Assembly (NCBI GenBank): GCA_963766715.1
Contig: CAVYBH010000008.1
Coordinates: 768,001 to 832,000 of the forward strand
Reading direction: 5' to 3'
DNA from: an uncultured delta proteobacterium
Lineage (GTDB): Bacteria; Myxococcota; Myxococcia; Myxococcales; Anaeromyxobacteraceae
DNA: 64,000 bases
The first letter of the stretch is position 1. Every line of letters begins with the position of its first letter. The translations under genes were made by a program, and so were the position numbers. Below are positions 43,582-52,458 of the stretch, piece after piece. The notes under the pieces are model-generated. The model worked only from the letters and a program-made list of their open reading frames with translations, searched no databases and was not told the DNA's origin.

Positions 43582-43764
43582 ATGGCCTCAGCCCTCGACG
43601 TGCAATGCCCGACCTGCCGAGCCGTTTCCGGAGTGCACTGCCTGGTCGTGCGATTGAGCGATCAGCAGCAAGGGGAGGTCGTCGTCCAGCCCGTTCGGCG
43701 GCTTCCCGGCTCCCCGCACATGGCCAGGCGTCTGCAGGCACGGGCCCAGTCCCAGGTCGCCTGA
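43582..43764 (+). CDS. Small zinc-finger protein (CxxC..C..H)
   Basis: ALDVQCPTCRAVSGVHC...PHMARR; GGAGG RBS. Confidence 0.55.
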   Translation: MASALDVQCPTCRAVSGVHCLVVRLSDQQQGEVVVQPVRRLPGSPHMARRLQARAQSQVA

Positions 43765-43879
43765 TTCTTCCCCTCCTTCGGCGAGGCCACCCCCGTACCG
43801 CGTACCAGGGAGCGCCCGGACCCGCTTGTCACTCGAAGTACATCGCCGAGGCTGCTAGCGTGGAGACCGGAGGGGGAAC

Positions 43880-44596
43880 ATGGCCAGCGCGCAGCCCAAA
43901 GGGGCCGAGACGCATCGAAGCGCCCGCGGAGGATGGCTTCGCGCCGCGGTGCTGGGTGCGGACGACGGTGTCGTCTCGACGGCGAGCTTGATGCTTGGAG
44001 TGGCGGCCGCCTCCGTTCAGGCTCCCGGTCACGCCGTCCTGGTCGCGGGAACGGCTGGCCTGGTCGCCGGCGCCATGTCCATGGCCGCGGGGGAGTACGT
44101 CTCCGTCAGCTCGCAGCGGGACGCGGAGCGCGCCGACGTCGCCCTCGAGAAAGGTGAGCTGGCCTCGAAGCCGGACGACGAGCTCGTCGAGCTCGTCGAG
44201 ATCTACCGGAAGCGCGGTCTCGACGCCGAGCTCGCGAGACAGGTCGCCGCGCAGCTTTCCGCGAGGAATCGGCTGGAGACGCACGTGCGCGACGAGCTCG
44301 GGCTCGACGAGGGATCCCGGGCTCGACCGTTCCAGGCCGCGTTCGTCTCCGCGGCGAGCTTCGCGACGGCTGGCCTGCTCCCGATCGCGGCGCTCCTGCT
44401 GGCGCCAGCGTCCCTGCACGTCGTCGCAATCGTCGCCTCGGCGATGGTCAGCCTGGCCGTGCTGGGCGGACTGGGGGGGCGACTGGGCGGGGCGCCGGTC
44501 CTTCGCGCAGCCATCCGTGCGGTGATCGGGGGTGGCTTCGCCATGGCCATCACCGCGGCCATCGGGCATCTCGTCGGGCTCGTTGCGGTCGGCTGA
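43880..44596 (+). CDS. VIT1/CCC1 family Fe/Mn transporter
   Basis: WLRAAVLGADDGVVS, GAMSMAAGEYVSVSSQ, HVRDELG. Confidence 0.93.
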   Translation: MASAQPKGAETHRSARGGWLRAAVLGADDGVVSTASLMLGVAAASVQAPGHAVLVAGTAGLVAGAMSMAAGEYVSVSSQRDAERADVALEKGELASKPDDELVELVEIYRKRGLDAELARQVAAQLSARNRLETHVRDELGLDEGSRARPFQAAFVSAASFATAGLLPIAALLLAPASLHVVAIVASAMVSLAVLGGLGGRLGGAPVLRAAIRAVIGGGFAMAITAAIGHLVGLVAVG

Positions 44597-44654
44597 CCCG
44601 ACCGGCTCCAATCCGGCGTGCCCGCCGACGTCGCGCCTCTTACGCTTGGGCGCC

Positions 44655-45998
44655 ATGATCGACACCTCCTCCCTCGACGCGACCACCGCCACCGCCATCC
44701 TGGGCCTCGACACGCTCTGGGGCGGCGACGTCCTCGACCCGTCGGGCGTCGGCCGCTTCATCGCCGACTCCTGGTTCTCCGACGAGCCGCTGCCGGCCGC
44801 CTACACCCACCCGGCGGCGGCGCGCCTGCGCCAGACCGGCGGCGTGGCGGGCAGCCGATCGACGTCGCGGCGGTGGACGCCTACCTCGCCGCCGTGGACG
44901 TGCCGGGCGCGGTGCGCGACCTGCTGGCGCGGAGCCAGGCGATGGGCGGCCTGCGCGGCGCCTACCTGGAGGGCGTCGCCCGGAGCCTGGGGATCATGTG
45001 GGAGCTCGCCCAGGAGCAGCTGGGGCGGGGGCCCGCCGTGCCCTATGCGCGCTGCGTGCAGTCCTCGTGCGGCCGGGCGCCCGAGCCTTCCCGGCCGGAG
45101 GAGAAGCGCCGGCGGCTCGCCGAGCTCCTGGCGCGCGCGGGCCATCCCTCCGGAACGCCCGCCGAGCTGCTCGAGGCGGTGGACGCCTGGCGCGCCGAGC
45201 GGCTCGTGCCGCGGAAGTCGGTCCGGCAGCTGGGCGACGCCTTCATCGCCCAGCTCGAGGAGGGGACGCGCCGCCACGTGGTGCCGCACCTGCCGGCCTC
45301 GCTGCACGACGTGCCCCGCGCCAACGTACGTTCCTGCCCATCGAGGACGCCTGGTTCTCCGGCTCCATGAACTACGTGGGCCGGGCGCGCGACGCGTCGG
45401 GCGCGCCCCGCTACGAGGCCACCTACGAGCTCAACGCCTCCCTCCAGATCTCGGTTCCGGAGTTCGCGACCTGGTCAGCCACGAGGTCGTGCCGGGACAC
45501 GTCGACCACCTTCGCCCTGGCGCAGGGGCTGTACGTCCAGGGCAAGCTGGGCTTCGAGGCCACCGTGCTCACCATGAACACGCTCGGCGCCGCCCTCTTC
45601 GAGGGAATCGCCAACAACGCCATCCTCATGGCCCACGGCGTGACGGAGGTCGAGGAGCTTCCCGACGAGGACCTCCAGATCGGCGTGCTGCTGGCCCGGC
45701 TGCAGGACGACGCCAAGAACCAGTCCTCCTGGCTCACCTGGGGCGAGGGGCGACCCCAGGCGGAGGTGGCCGCCGCCGCTGCGAAGGGACTACCTGGTCT
45801 CGGCAGAGCGGGCCGAGAAGCTCTCCGGCGCCTGGGGGCGTCACCCGCTGCTCGGCCGCATGTACCTGCCCGGCCTACCGCGCGGGGACCGAGAAGGTGG
45901 CGGCCCTGCGGCGCAGGCACCCGCCGGAGCGGATCATCCCGGCACTCTACGGCGTCGACGGCCTCGTGGACCTGGTCACCATCGACCGGGTGCTCTGA
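44655..45998 (+). CDS. Hypothetical protein, DUF885-like zinc-binding (frameshifted)
   Basis: Continuous coding signal across frames; SHEVVPGH and LFEGIAN motifs. Confidence 0.6.
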   Translation: MIDTSSLDATTATAILGLDTLWGGDVLDPSGVGRFIADSWFSDEPLPAAYTHPAAARLRQTGGVAGSRSTSRRWTPTSPPWTCRARCATCWRGARRWAACAAPTWRASPGAWGSCGSSPRSSWGGGPPCPMRAACSPRAAGRPSLPGRRRSAGGSPSSWRARAIPPERPPSCSRRWTPGAPSGSCRGSRSGSWATPSSPSSRRGRAATWCRTCRPRCTTCPAPTYVPAHRGRLVLRLHELRGPGARRVGRAPLRGHLRAQRLPPDLGSGVRDLVSHEVVPGHVDHLRPGAGAVRPGQAGLRGHRAHHEHARRRPLRGNRQQRHPHGPRRDGGRGASRRGPPDRRAAGPAAGRRQEPVLLAHLGRGATPGGGGRRRCEGTTWSRQSGPRSSPAPGGVTRCSAACTCPAYRAGTEKVAALRRRHPPERIIPALYGVDGLVDLVTIDRVL

Positions 45999-46135
45999 GG
46001 GCACCGACGTCGTTGCACGTGCACAGCAGAAATCCATCCCCGCACGGGGGGCGGCCCACCGCGCGATGGGAAACCCTGGCGGCTTTCGTGCAAGATGCGC
46101 GTGGTCGGCCCGTCGGCCGCTCCCTGGGAGGTTGG

Positions 46136-46621
46136 ATGAAGAAGCGGGGTTCGAACCCGGACGTGCTCGAGGTCATGCAATCGCTCTGGGCGCTGGCGCA
46201 CGCGCTGGAGGCCCGGTCGAAGTGGATGCATCGGAACCTGGGCGTCACGGGGCCGCAGCGCCTGCTTCTCCGCGCCATCGGGGAGACGCCGGGGTGTTCT
46301 CCCGGCGACGCCGCCGGCCTGTTGAGCCTCGACCCCGGAACCGTGAGCCGGCTCGCCGCCGGGCTGGAGCAGGCGGGGCTCCTGCGGCGGAACCAGGATC
46401 GTTCCGACGGACGCAGGCTGCGACTGGTGCTCACCCGGCGCGGCGAGGCCGTCAACCGCAAGCAGGGTGGGACGGTCGAGGCCGCCGTGCGGGAGGCCCT
46501 GGCGTCCGCGAAGCCGGGCGAGTCCCGGGTGGCCTGCCAGTTCGTCCACCGACTCACCGAGTCGCTGGAGGTGAAGCCGTCCGGCAACGGAAGAAGGGCC
46601 GCCGCCGCGTCCTGTAACTGA
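46136..46621 (+). CDS. MarR family transcriptional regulator
   Basis: LGVTGPQ, LDPGTVSRL, DRSDGRR, LTRRG. Confidence 0.88.
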   Translation: MKKRGSNPDVLEVMQSLWALAHALEARSKWMHRNLGVTGPQRLLLRAIGETPGCSPGDAAGLLSLDPGTVSRLAAGLEQAGLLRRNQDRSDGRRLRLVLTRRGEAVNRKQGGTVEAAVREALASAKPGESRVACQFVHRLTESLEVKPSGNGRRAAAASCN

Positions 46622-46669
46622 GGTGGAGCCCCCTTGCAGCCCTTGATCGGGCTGGACGGGGGTGGGACT

Positions 46670-48937
46670 GTGGATCTCGTGCCCGGAAAGCTCCGGAAGA
46701 CCGACGCGGAGTTCCGTTCGCTCCTGGAGCACGCGGCCGACGCCATCCTCCTCCACGACTCCACGGGACGTCTCCGGGAGGTGAATCGCCGCGCCTGCGA
46801 GAGCCTGGGCTACACCCGGGACGAGCTGCTGCGGATGAACATGACCGAGGTCGAGCAGGATGTCGACCTGGCCCGTGCGCAGCAGGACGTGGGCGAGGAT
46901 CGCGCCGGGCAATCCCGTCGCCTTCCTGGGCCACCATCGGCGAAAGGACGGCTCGACCTTCCCCGTGGAGGTCCGCCTCAGTGCGGTCGACGTCGGCGGC
47001 GAGCGCCTCTTCATGGCGATGGCTCGCGACGTCTCCGCCCAGCGAAGGGCCGAGGAGGCGCTGCGCGAGAGCGAGGCCTACTTCCGGGCCTGCTTCGAGG
47101 GCAACTCGGCGGCCATGGCCATCATCGAGGCGGACACGACGATCTCGATGGTGAACGACGCCTACTGCAAGATGAGCGGCTATCCCCGGGAAGAGGTCGT
47201 GGGGATGAGCTGGACCCGGCAGATCCCGCCCGGCGATCTGGAACGGCTCCTGGAATACAACCGGCGCAGGCTCTCGGATCCCGCCACCGCACCGGACAAG
47301 TACGAGTTCACCTTCTACCGGCGCGACGGCGAGATCCGGCACGGCCTGATGTCGGTGGCGCTCATCCCGGACCGGCGGAAGATCGTGGCCTCGTTCCTGG
47401 ACATCACGGAGCGGAAGCAGGTGGAGGAGAAGCTCCGGGTCAGCGAGGAGCGGCACCGCCTGCTCGCCGACAATGCCCTGGACGTCGTCTGGACCATGGG
47501 ACCCGACGGCTCAATCACCTACGTCAGCCCTTCCGTGGAGAAGCTGCGCGGCTTCACGCCGGAGGAGGCGATGCGGCAGCCGATCGAGGAGATCCACCCG
47601 CCCGCGTCGCAGGCCATCTCGCTCGGGTACTTCACGAAGCTGTTCGCCGACCTCCAGGCCGGGCGACCGCCGGAGAGGTTCCGGGGAGAGCTCGAGTACC
47701 GCTGCAGGGACGGCTCCACCGTCTGGACCGAGGTCATGGCCATCCCGATTGCCGGCCCGGATGGCGCCATCGCCGAGATCCTGGGCGTGAGCCGGGACCT
47801 GAGCGAGCGGAAGGCGGCCGAGCAGGCGCTCCGCGAGGCCGAGGCGCGCTTCCGGTCGCTGGCCGAGAGCTCGCCGGTGGGCATCATCGAGACCGACGCG
47901 CGCGGCGTGCTCCTCTACGCGAATCGCGCCGCCGCCGAGCTCGCCGGCGTCGCCCCGGAGGCGATGTCGGGGCGGACCTGGTCCGACGCCATCCAGCCGG
48001 AGGACCGGGAGCGCCTGGACGAGGAGTATCGGAAGGCGATCGCCTCGACGGGATCCTGCGGAGCGAGTACCGGATGCGGAGGCCGGACGGGACGGTCGCG
48101 TTGATCCGCGGCTTCGTCGCGGCCCTCCTCGGGCCGGACGGGCGAGTCCGCGGATTCATCGGCGTCGCCGCCGACGTCACCGAGGAGCACGCTGCTTCGC
48201 GAGCAGCTCGCCGTGGCCTCCCGGCTCGCCGCCCTGGGAACGCTCGTCGCGGGCGTCGCCCACGAGATCAACAATCCGCTGGGCGGCGCGCTCGCCTCCC
48301 ACGGATTCGTCGAGGAGGAGGTCGAGCGGATGCGCACCGCCCTTCGCTCGGGCAAGCCCATCGACCGGGACGAGCTGGCCCGGAGCCTCGACGAGGTGGC
48401 GGACGCCCTGGGCGACGCCCAGGCGGGCGAGCGTCGCATCGCCGCGATCGTGAAGGACCTCGCCCTCTTCGGCCGGCCGGATCCCCAGCGCAGCCGGGTC
48501 GCGCCGGCCAGGGTGATCGAGGTCGCGATGCGCTGGCTTCCGCCCGCGCTCCGGCAGCGTTCCGCCCTCCACGTGGAGGACGAGGGGGCGCCCGACGTCC
48601 TGGCCTCGGAGGGACAGCTCTCCCAGGTGGTCGTCAACCTCGTCAGCAACGCCATCAAGTCGGTTCCCGAGGAGCGACGGGCCGACGTCCGGATCCGGAT
48701 CGGCGCGGGTGGACCGGGCCGGACGCGGATCGAGGTGTCGGACGACGGCTCCGGGATGACCCCCGAGGTGATGAAGCACGTGTTCGACCCGTTCTTCACG
48801 ACCCGCGCCGTGGGCCAGGGAATGGGGCTGGGCCTTTCCATCTCCCACGCCATCGTGACGGCGCACGGCGGCACGATCACGGCGGAGAGCGAGCCGGGAA
48901 AGGGCTCCACGTTTCGCGTCGAGCTTCCGCGGCCTGA
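46670..48937 (+). CDS. Cytoplasmic multi-PAS histidine kinase (frameshifted)
   Basis: Four PAS/PAC units, LAALGTLVAGVAHEINNPL, FDPFFTT, GMGLGLS. Confidence 0.88.
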   Translation: MDLVPGKLRKTDAEFRSLLEHAADAILLHDSTGRLREVNRRACESLGYTRDELLRMNMTEVEQDVDLARAQQDVGEDRAGQSRRLPGPPSAKGRLDLPRGGPPQCGRRRRRAPLHGDGSRRLRPAKGRGGAARERGLLPGLLRGQLGGHGHHRGGHDDLDGERRLLQDERLSPGRGRGDELDPADPARRSGTAPGIQPAQALGSRHRTGQVRVHLLPARRRDPARPDVGGAHPGPAEDRGLVPGHHGAEAGGGEAPGQRGAAPPARRQCPGRRLDHGTRRLNHLRQPFRGEAARLHAGGGDAAADRGDPPARVAGHLARVLHEAVRRPPGRATAGEVPGRARVPLQGRLHRLDRGHGHPDCRPGWRHRRDPGREPGPERAEGGRAGAPRGRGALPVAGRELAGGHHRDRRARRAPLRESRRRRARRRRPGGDVGADLVRRHPAGGPGAPGRGVSEGDRLDGILRSEYRMRRPDGTVALIRGFVAALLGPDGRVRGFIGVAADVTEEHAASRAARRGLPARRPGNARRGRRPRDQQSAGRRARLPRIRRGGGRADAHRPSLGQAHRPGRAGPEPRRGGGRPGRRPGGRASHRRDREGPRPLRPAGSPAQPGRAGQGDRGRDALASARAPAAFRPPRGGRGGARRPGLGGTALPGGRQPRQQRHQVGSRGATGRRPDPDRRGWTGPDADRGVGRRLRDDPRGDEARVRPVLHDPRRGPGNGAGPFHLPRHRDGARRHDHGGERAGKGLHVSRRASAA

Positions 48938-49337
48938 AGGCGCGTCCTCGGCCGGAAGCTCCCCAATCACTCCCGGCACCACGGGCAGCGGGATGCTCAG
49001 CTCGCCGTCCCCTTCGGGAACGTCACCTGGAGGTGCCCTCGAGCCGATCGGCCGCGCGCACGGCGAGCGCCTCGCGATCCGGCTCGACCTCGACGCTCCA
49101 GCCGGAGCCTCGAGTGCCTCGACGAGCGCCGCCACTCCGCCCCGCTCATCTCGACGATCAGGTTCAGCGACAGGTTGCTGAACATCTTGAAGTCGAGAAC
49201 GTCCCCGCGATGCCGCTGGATTCCTGCGCCCGGCGATCGCCGATCGCGCCGTTCCCCGGCGACCGCCTGGACGCGGAAGTCGCGTCCTCGGGCCACGGAC
49301 TTCCAGTACGACCCAGGTCTCCGGGCATGGCACACGA

Positions 49338-50639
49338 TCAGCTGACGGCGGGGAGCTCCTCCGACAGCCCGATGGCCTCGGTGTTCTCGTCGTAGGAGAA
49401 GAGGTCGCCGAACCGCGCCCAGTTCACGAACGTCTCGAAGGTGCACTCGAAGTTCTCGCTCGGCAGGTTCATCGCGATCACCTCCAGCACGTAGTCGCGG
49501 TCGACCTCGTGCGCCTCCGACTCCTGGATGGCGCCGCGCACGCGCTGGAAGAGCAGGATGTCGAGCAGCTTCTCCCGGAAGATGGCCTTGCGCGCCGACG
49601 GGCTGGCCTTCACGTACCGGGCGCCCTCGGACGAGAGCACGACGGTGCGGTGCGGCGTGTCGACGAAGCCGAGGAGCTCGGCGGCGTTCGTCGCCGTGAT
49701 GACGTGACCGAACTCCCGGTCGGTGTCGGCCGCGATGCGGAAGACGTCCTCTCGCCCGCCGCGGGCGTCGAGGTACTCCAGGAGTCCCTCGATCTCGACC
49801 CCGCCGGCGTGCGGGAGGGGCTCGAAGACCTGGGGCGCACCCGCCACCTCGGCCACGTCGGGCATCTCCATGCCGGTGATGATGTCGTGGAGGCGGTCCA
49901 CGAGCTGGAGCAGCCCGGGGGAGCGGTAGTCGCGCGGCCTGGGCAGCGTGTTCTCGACGATGGTGCGCACGCGGCCCGGATTCGCGTCGAGGACGACGAT
50001 CCGGTCGGCCATGTACACCACCTCCTTGATGTCGTGGCTCACCATCACGATGGACTTGGGATTCCGGTCCTTCGGCGTCCAGACGTCCAGGACCTCGGCC
50101 CGCAAGCTCTCCGCGGTGAGGGCGTCCACCTGGCTGAACGGCTCGTCCATGAAGAGCATCTCCGGCTCGAGCGAGAAGGCGCGGGCCATCCCCACCCGCT
50201 GCTTCATCCCTCCGGAGAGCTCCCGCGGGTAGGCCTCCTCGAAGCCGGCCAGCCCGACGATCTTGATGGCGCGCGCGGCCCGCTCCGCCACCTCGCCCTT
50301 CGGGAGCCCCTGCGCCTCCAGCATGGTCTCGACGTTGCGGGCCACCGTCATCCAGGGAAAGAGCGCGAAGCTCTGGAAGACGAACCCGATGCCGGGGTTG
50401 AGCCCCTCGAGCGGCTTGCCGTGGTAGAGGACCGCGCCCCGGGTCTGCTTCGTGAGCCCGGCCAGGATGCGCAGGATGGTCGACTTCCCGCAGCCGGACG
50501 GCCCGAGCAGCGCCACCACCTCGTTCTCCCGGATCGCCAGGTCGATGTCCTGGAGCACGCGGAGCGGAGGTCCGCCCGCCTGCTCGAACTCCTTCTCGAC
50601 GTGGCGCAGCTCGCAGAGGATCTCGGTGTCGTTCGCCAT
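49338..50639 (-). CDS. ABC ATP-binding protein, nitrate/sulfonate/bicarbonate type with C-terminal AAA-associated domain
   Basis: GPSGCGKST, LSGGMKQR, MDEPF, VSHD; C-terminal WARFGDLFSYD. Confidence 0.92.
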   Translation of the reverse strand: MANDTEILCELRHVEKEFEQAGGPPLRVLQDIDLAIRENEVVALLGPSGCGKSTILRILAGLTKQTRGAVLYHGKPLEGLNPGIGFVFQSFALFPWMTVARNVETMLEAQGLPKGEVAERAARAIKIVGLAGFEEAYPRELSGGMKQRVGMARAFSLEPEMLFMDEPFSQVDALTAESLRAEVLDVWTPKDRNPKSIVMVSHDIKEVVYMADRIVVLDANPGRVRTIVENTLPRPRDYRSPGLLQLVDRLHDIITGMEMPDVAEVAGAPQVFEPLPHAGGVEIEGLLEYLDARGGREDVFRIAADTDREFGHVITATNAAELLGFVDTPHRTVVLSSEGARYVKASPSARKAIFREKLLDILLFQRVRGAIQESEAHEVDRDYVLEVIAMNLPSENFECTFETFVNWARFGDLFSYDENTEAIGLSEELPAVS

Positions 50640-50653
50640 GCGCGCTCCGGGCA

Positions 50654-52399
50654 CTACCGGGTGAGGGAGAAACGCTGCTCGGCGATGAGGTGCAGCCGAC
50701 GCCACACCAGCCGGTTGAAGAGGACCACCACCACCGCCATCACCGAGACCGCCGCCGCCAGGGTCGGGAAGTCGCCTGCCGCGGCGGCGACGCTGATGCG
50801 CGCTCCGAGGCCGTCGGCGGCGAGCTCGCTCCCCTTGAAGCTCACGTACTCCGACACGATGCTGGCGTTCCAGGCCCCGCCCGCGGCGGTGACCCAGCCG
50901 GTGACCAGGTACGGGAAGACGGCGGGGAGGTACAGGATCCGGAACCGCTTCCAGGTGCCGACGCGGTAGATGCGCGCGGCCTCGCGGAGATCGGCGGGGA
51001 TGGCCATGGCGCCGGCCACCACGTTGAAGAGGATGTACCACTGGGTGCCGAGCAGCATGAGGAGGACGCTTCCCCAGCCGAGCCCGATCCCTGCCGCGGC
51101 GAGCAGCGCCACCACCGCGGGGAAGAGCATGGGCGCCGGAAAGGACGCGACCACCTGCACGACGGGCTGCAGCACGCCGGGAGAGCCGGGGCGACAGGCC
51201 GATGGCGAGCCCGGCAGGGACCGTCCAGAGCGTGCCCAGGACGGTCGCGAGCAGCACGCGCCCCAGCGTGAGCGACGCGGCCACGCCGATGCCTCGCCAG
51301 CTCGCACCGTCCACCTTCGTGAAGAGCCGGAAGAGCCCGACCGAGCCGAGCGCGAGCACGAGCGAGGAGGCCGAGGAACGCCACGATGGACGCGACCTGG
51401 ACCATCCGCTCGGTCCGGGCCCGGCCGGCCGGCGCGACCCGGCGCGCGGGGAGGAGCGCGGCGATCCGGCCGGCGGCGGTTCCCGCCGCGTTCCGGAGAT
51501 GGGCCACGACCTGGGAGCCCCGGAGCACGTCCAGGAACCACGACTGGGCCTCGACCGCCTGCCCGCTCTCGTCGACCCGGAACTTCTGCGACCAGACGAC
51601 GACGGGGCGCCAGAGGATCTGATCGAGGAGGACGATCATGAGGACCATCGCCACGACGGCCGCCACCATCGCGGCCCGGTCGCCGCGCGCCACCGCCACG
51701 CTCATGTAGGAGCCGAGCCCCGGGAGCTGGAAGCTCCGGTCTCCGAGCACGAACGCCTCGCTCACCATCAGGAAGAACCAGCCGCCGGCCATGCTCATCA
51801 TGCTGTTCCAGACCAGCCCGATGGCCGAGGAAGGCAGGTCCACCCAGCGGAAGCGCCTCCAGAAGGAGAAGCGGCCGAGCGTCGCCACCTCCTGGAAGTC
51901 CCGCGGGATGCTCCGGAGCGAGTGGTAGAAGCTGAAGGTCATGTTCCACGCCTGGCCGGTGAAGATCATGATCACCGACGCCAGCTCGAGACCGACGTTG
52001 CTCGTGGGGAACGCGGCGACGAGCGCCAGGACGAGGCCCGGCATGAACCCCAGCACCGGGATGCTCTGGAGGATGTCGAGCGCCGGGATGAGGACCTTCT
52101 CCGCGGTCCGGTCCCGCGCGGCCCAGTACCCGTATCCCAGCGTGAAGGCGAGCGAGAGCACGTACGCGGCCAGGCCGCGGGAGAGGGAGAGGAAGGCGTA
52201 GTACGGGAAGCGCCCAGGGGGAGAGGTCGATCTCGAAGACCGGCCGGAGCGCTCCCGTCCACTCGGCCGCGAGCCGGGTGAGGCCGAAGACCACGCCTCC
52301 CAGCGCGGCGAGGAGCGCCAGGTCGACCCACAGCTTCCGGGCGGACCCGAAGAGCCACGAGGTGGCGCTTCCGAAGACGGGTGTCGGACGAGGCGGCAT
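50654..52399 (-). CDS. ABC transporter permease, duplicated domain (frameshifted)
   Basis: LDILQSIPVLGF, WNSMMSMAGGWFFL, GTQWYILFNV, GGAWNASIVSE. Confidence 0.9.
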   Translation of the reverse strand: MPPRPTPVFGSATSWLFGSARKLWVDLALLAALGGVVFGLTRLAAEWTGALRPVFEIDLSPWALPVLRLPLPLPRPGRVRALARLHAGIRVLGRAGPDRGEGPHPGARHPPEHPGAGVHAGPRPGARRRVPHEQRRSRAGVGDHDLHRPGVEHDLQLLPLAPEHPAGLPGGGDARPLLLLEALPLGGPAFLGHRAGLEQHDEHGRRLVLPDGERGVRARRPELPAPGARLLHERGGGARRPGRDGGGRRGDGPHDRPPRSDPLAPRRRLVAEVPGRRERAGGRGPVVVPGRAPGLPGRGPSPERGGNRRRPDRRAPPRAPGRAGRPGPDRADGPGRVHRGVPRPPRSCSRSARSGSSGSSRRWTVRAGEASAWPRRSRWGACCSRPSWARSGRSLPGSPSACRPGSPGVLQPVVQVVASFPAPMLFPAVVALLAAAGIGLGWGSVLLMLLGTQWYILFNVVAGAMAIPADLREAARIYRVGTWKRFRILYLPAVFPYLVTGWVTAAGGAWNASIVSEYVSFKGSELAADGLGARISVAAAAGDFPTLAAAVSVMAVVVVLFNRLVWRRLHLIAEQRFSLTR

Positions 52400-52458
52400 C
52401 GCGGGCTGCAGACTAGCGCAGGTCCCGCGTGCCCGGTCGGTGACGATTCAGCCCGGCG

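Noticed and set aside
48964..49185. Possible small minus-strand gene (MFSNLSLNLIVEMSG...)
   Set aside because: It needs several frame changes and has no recognisable motif, so it cannot be supported.
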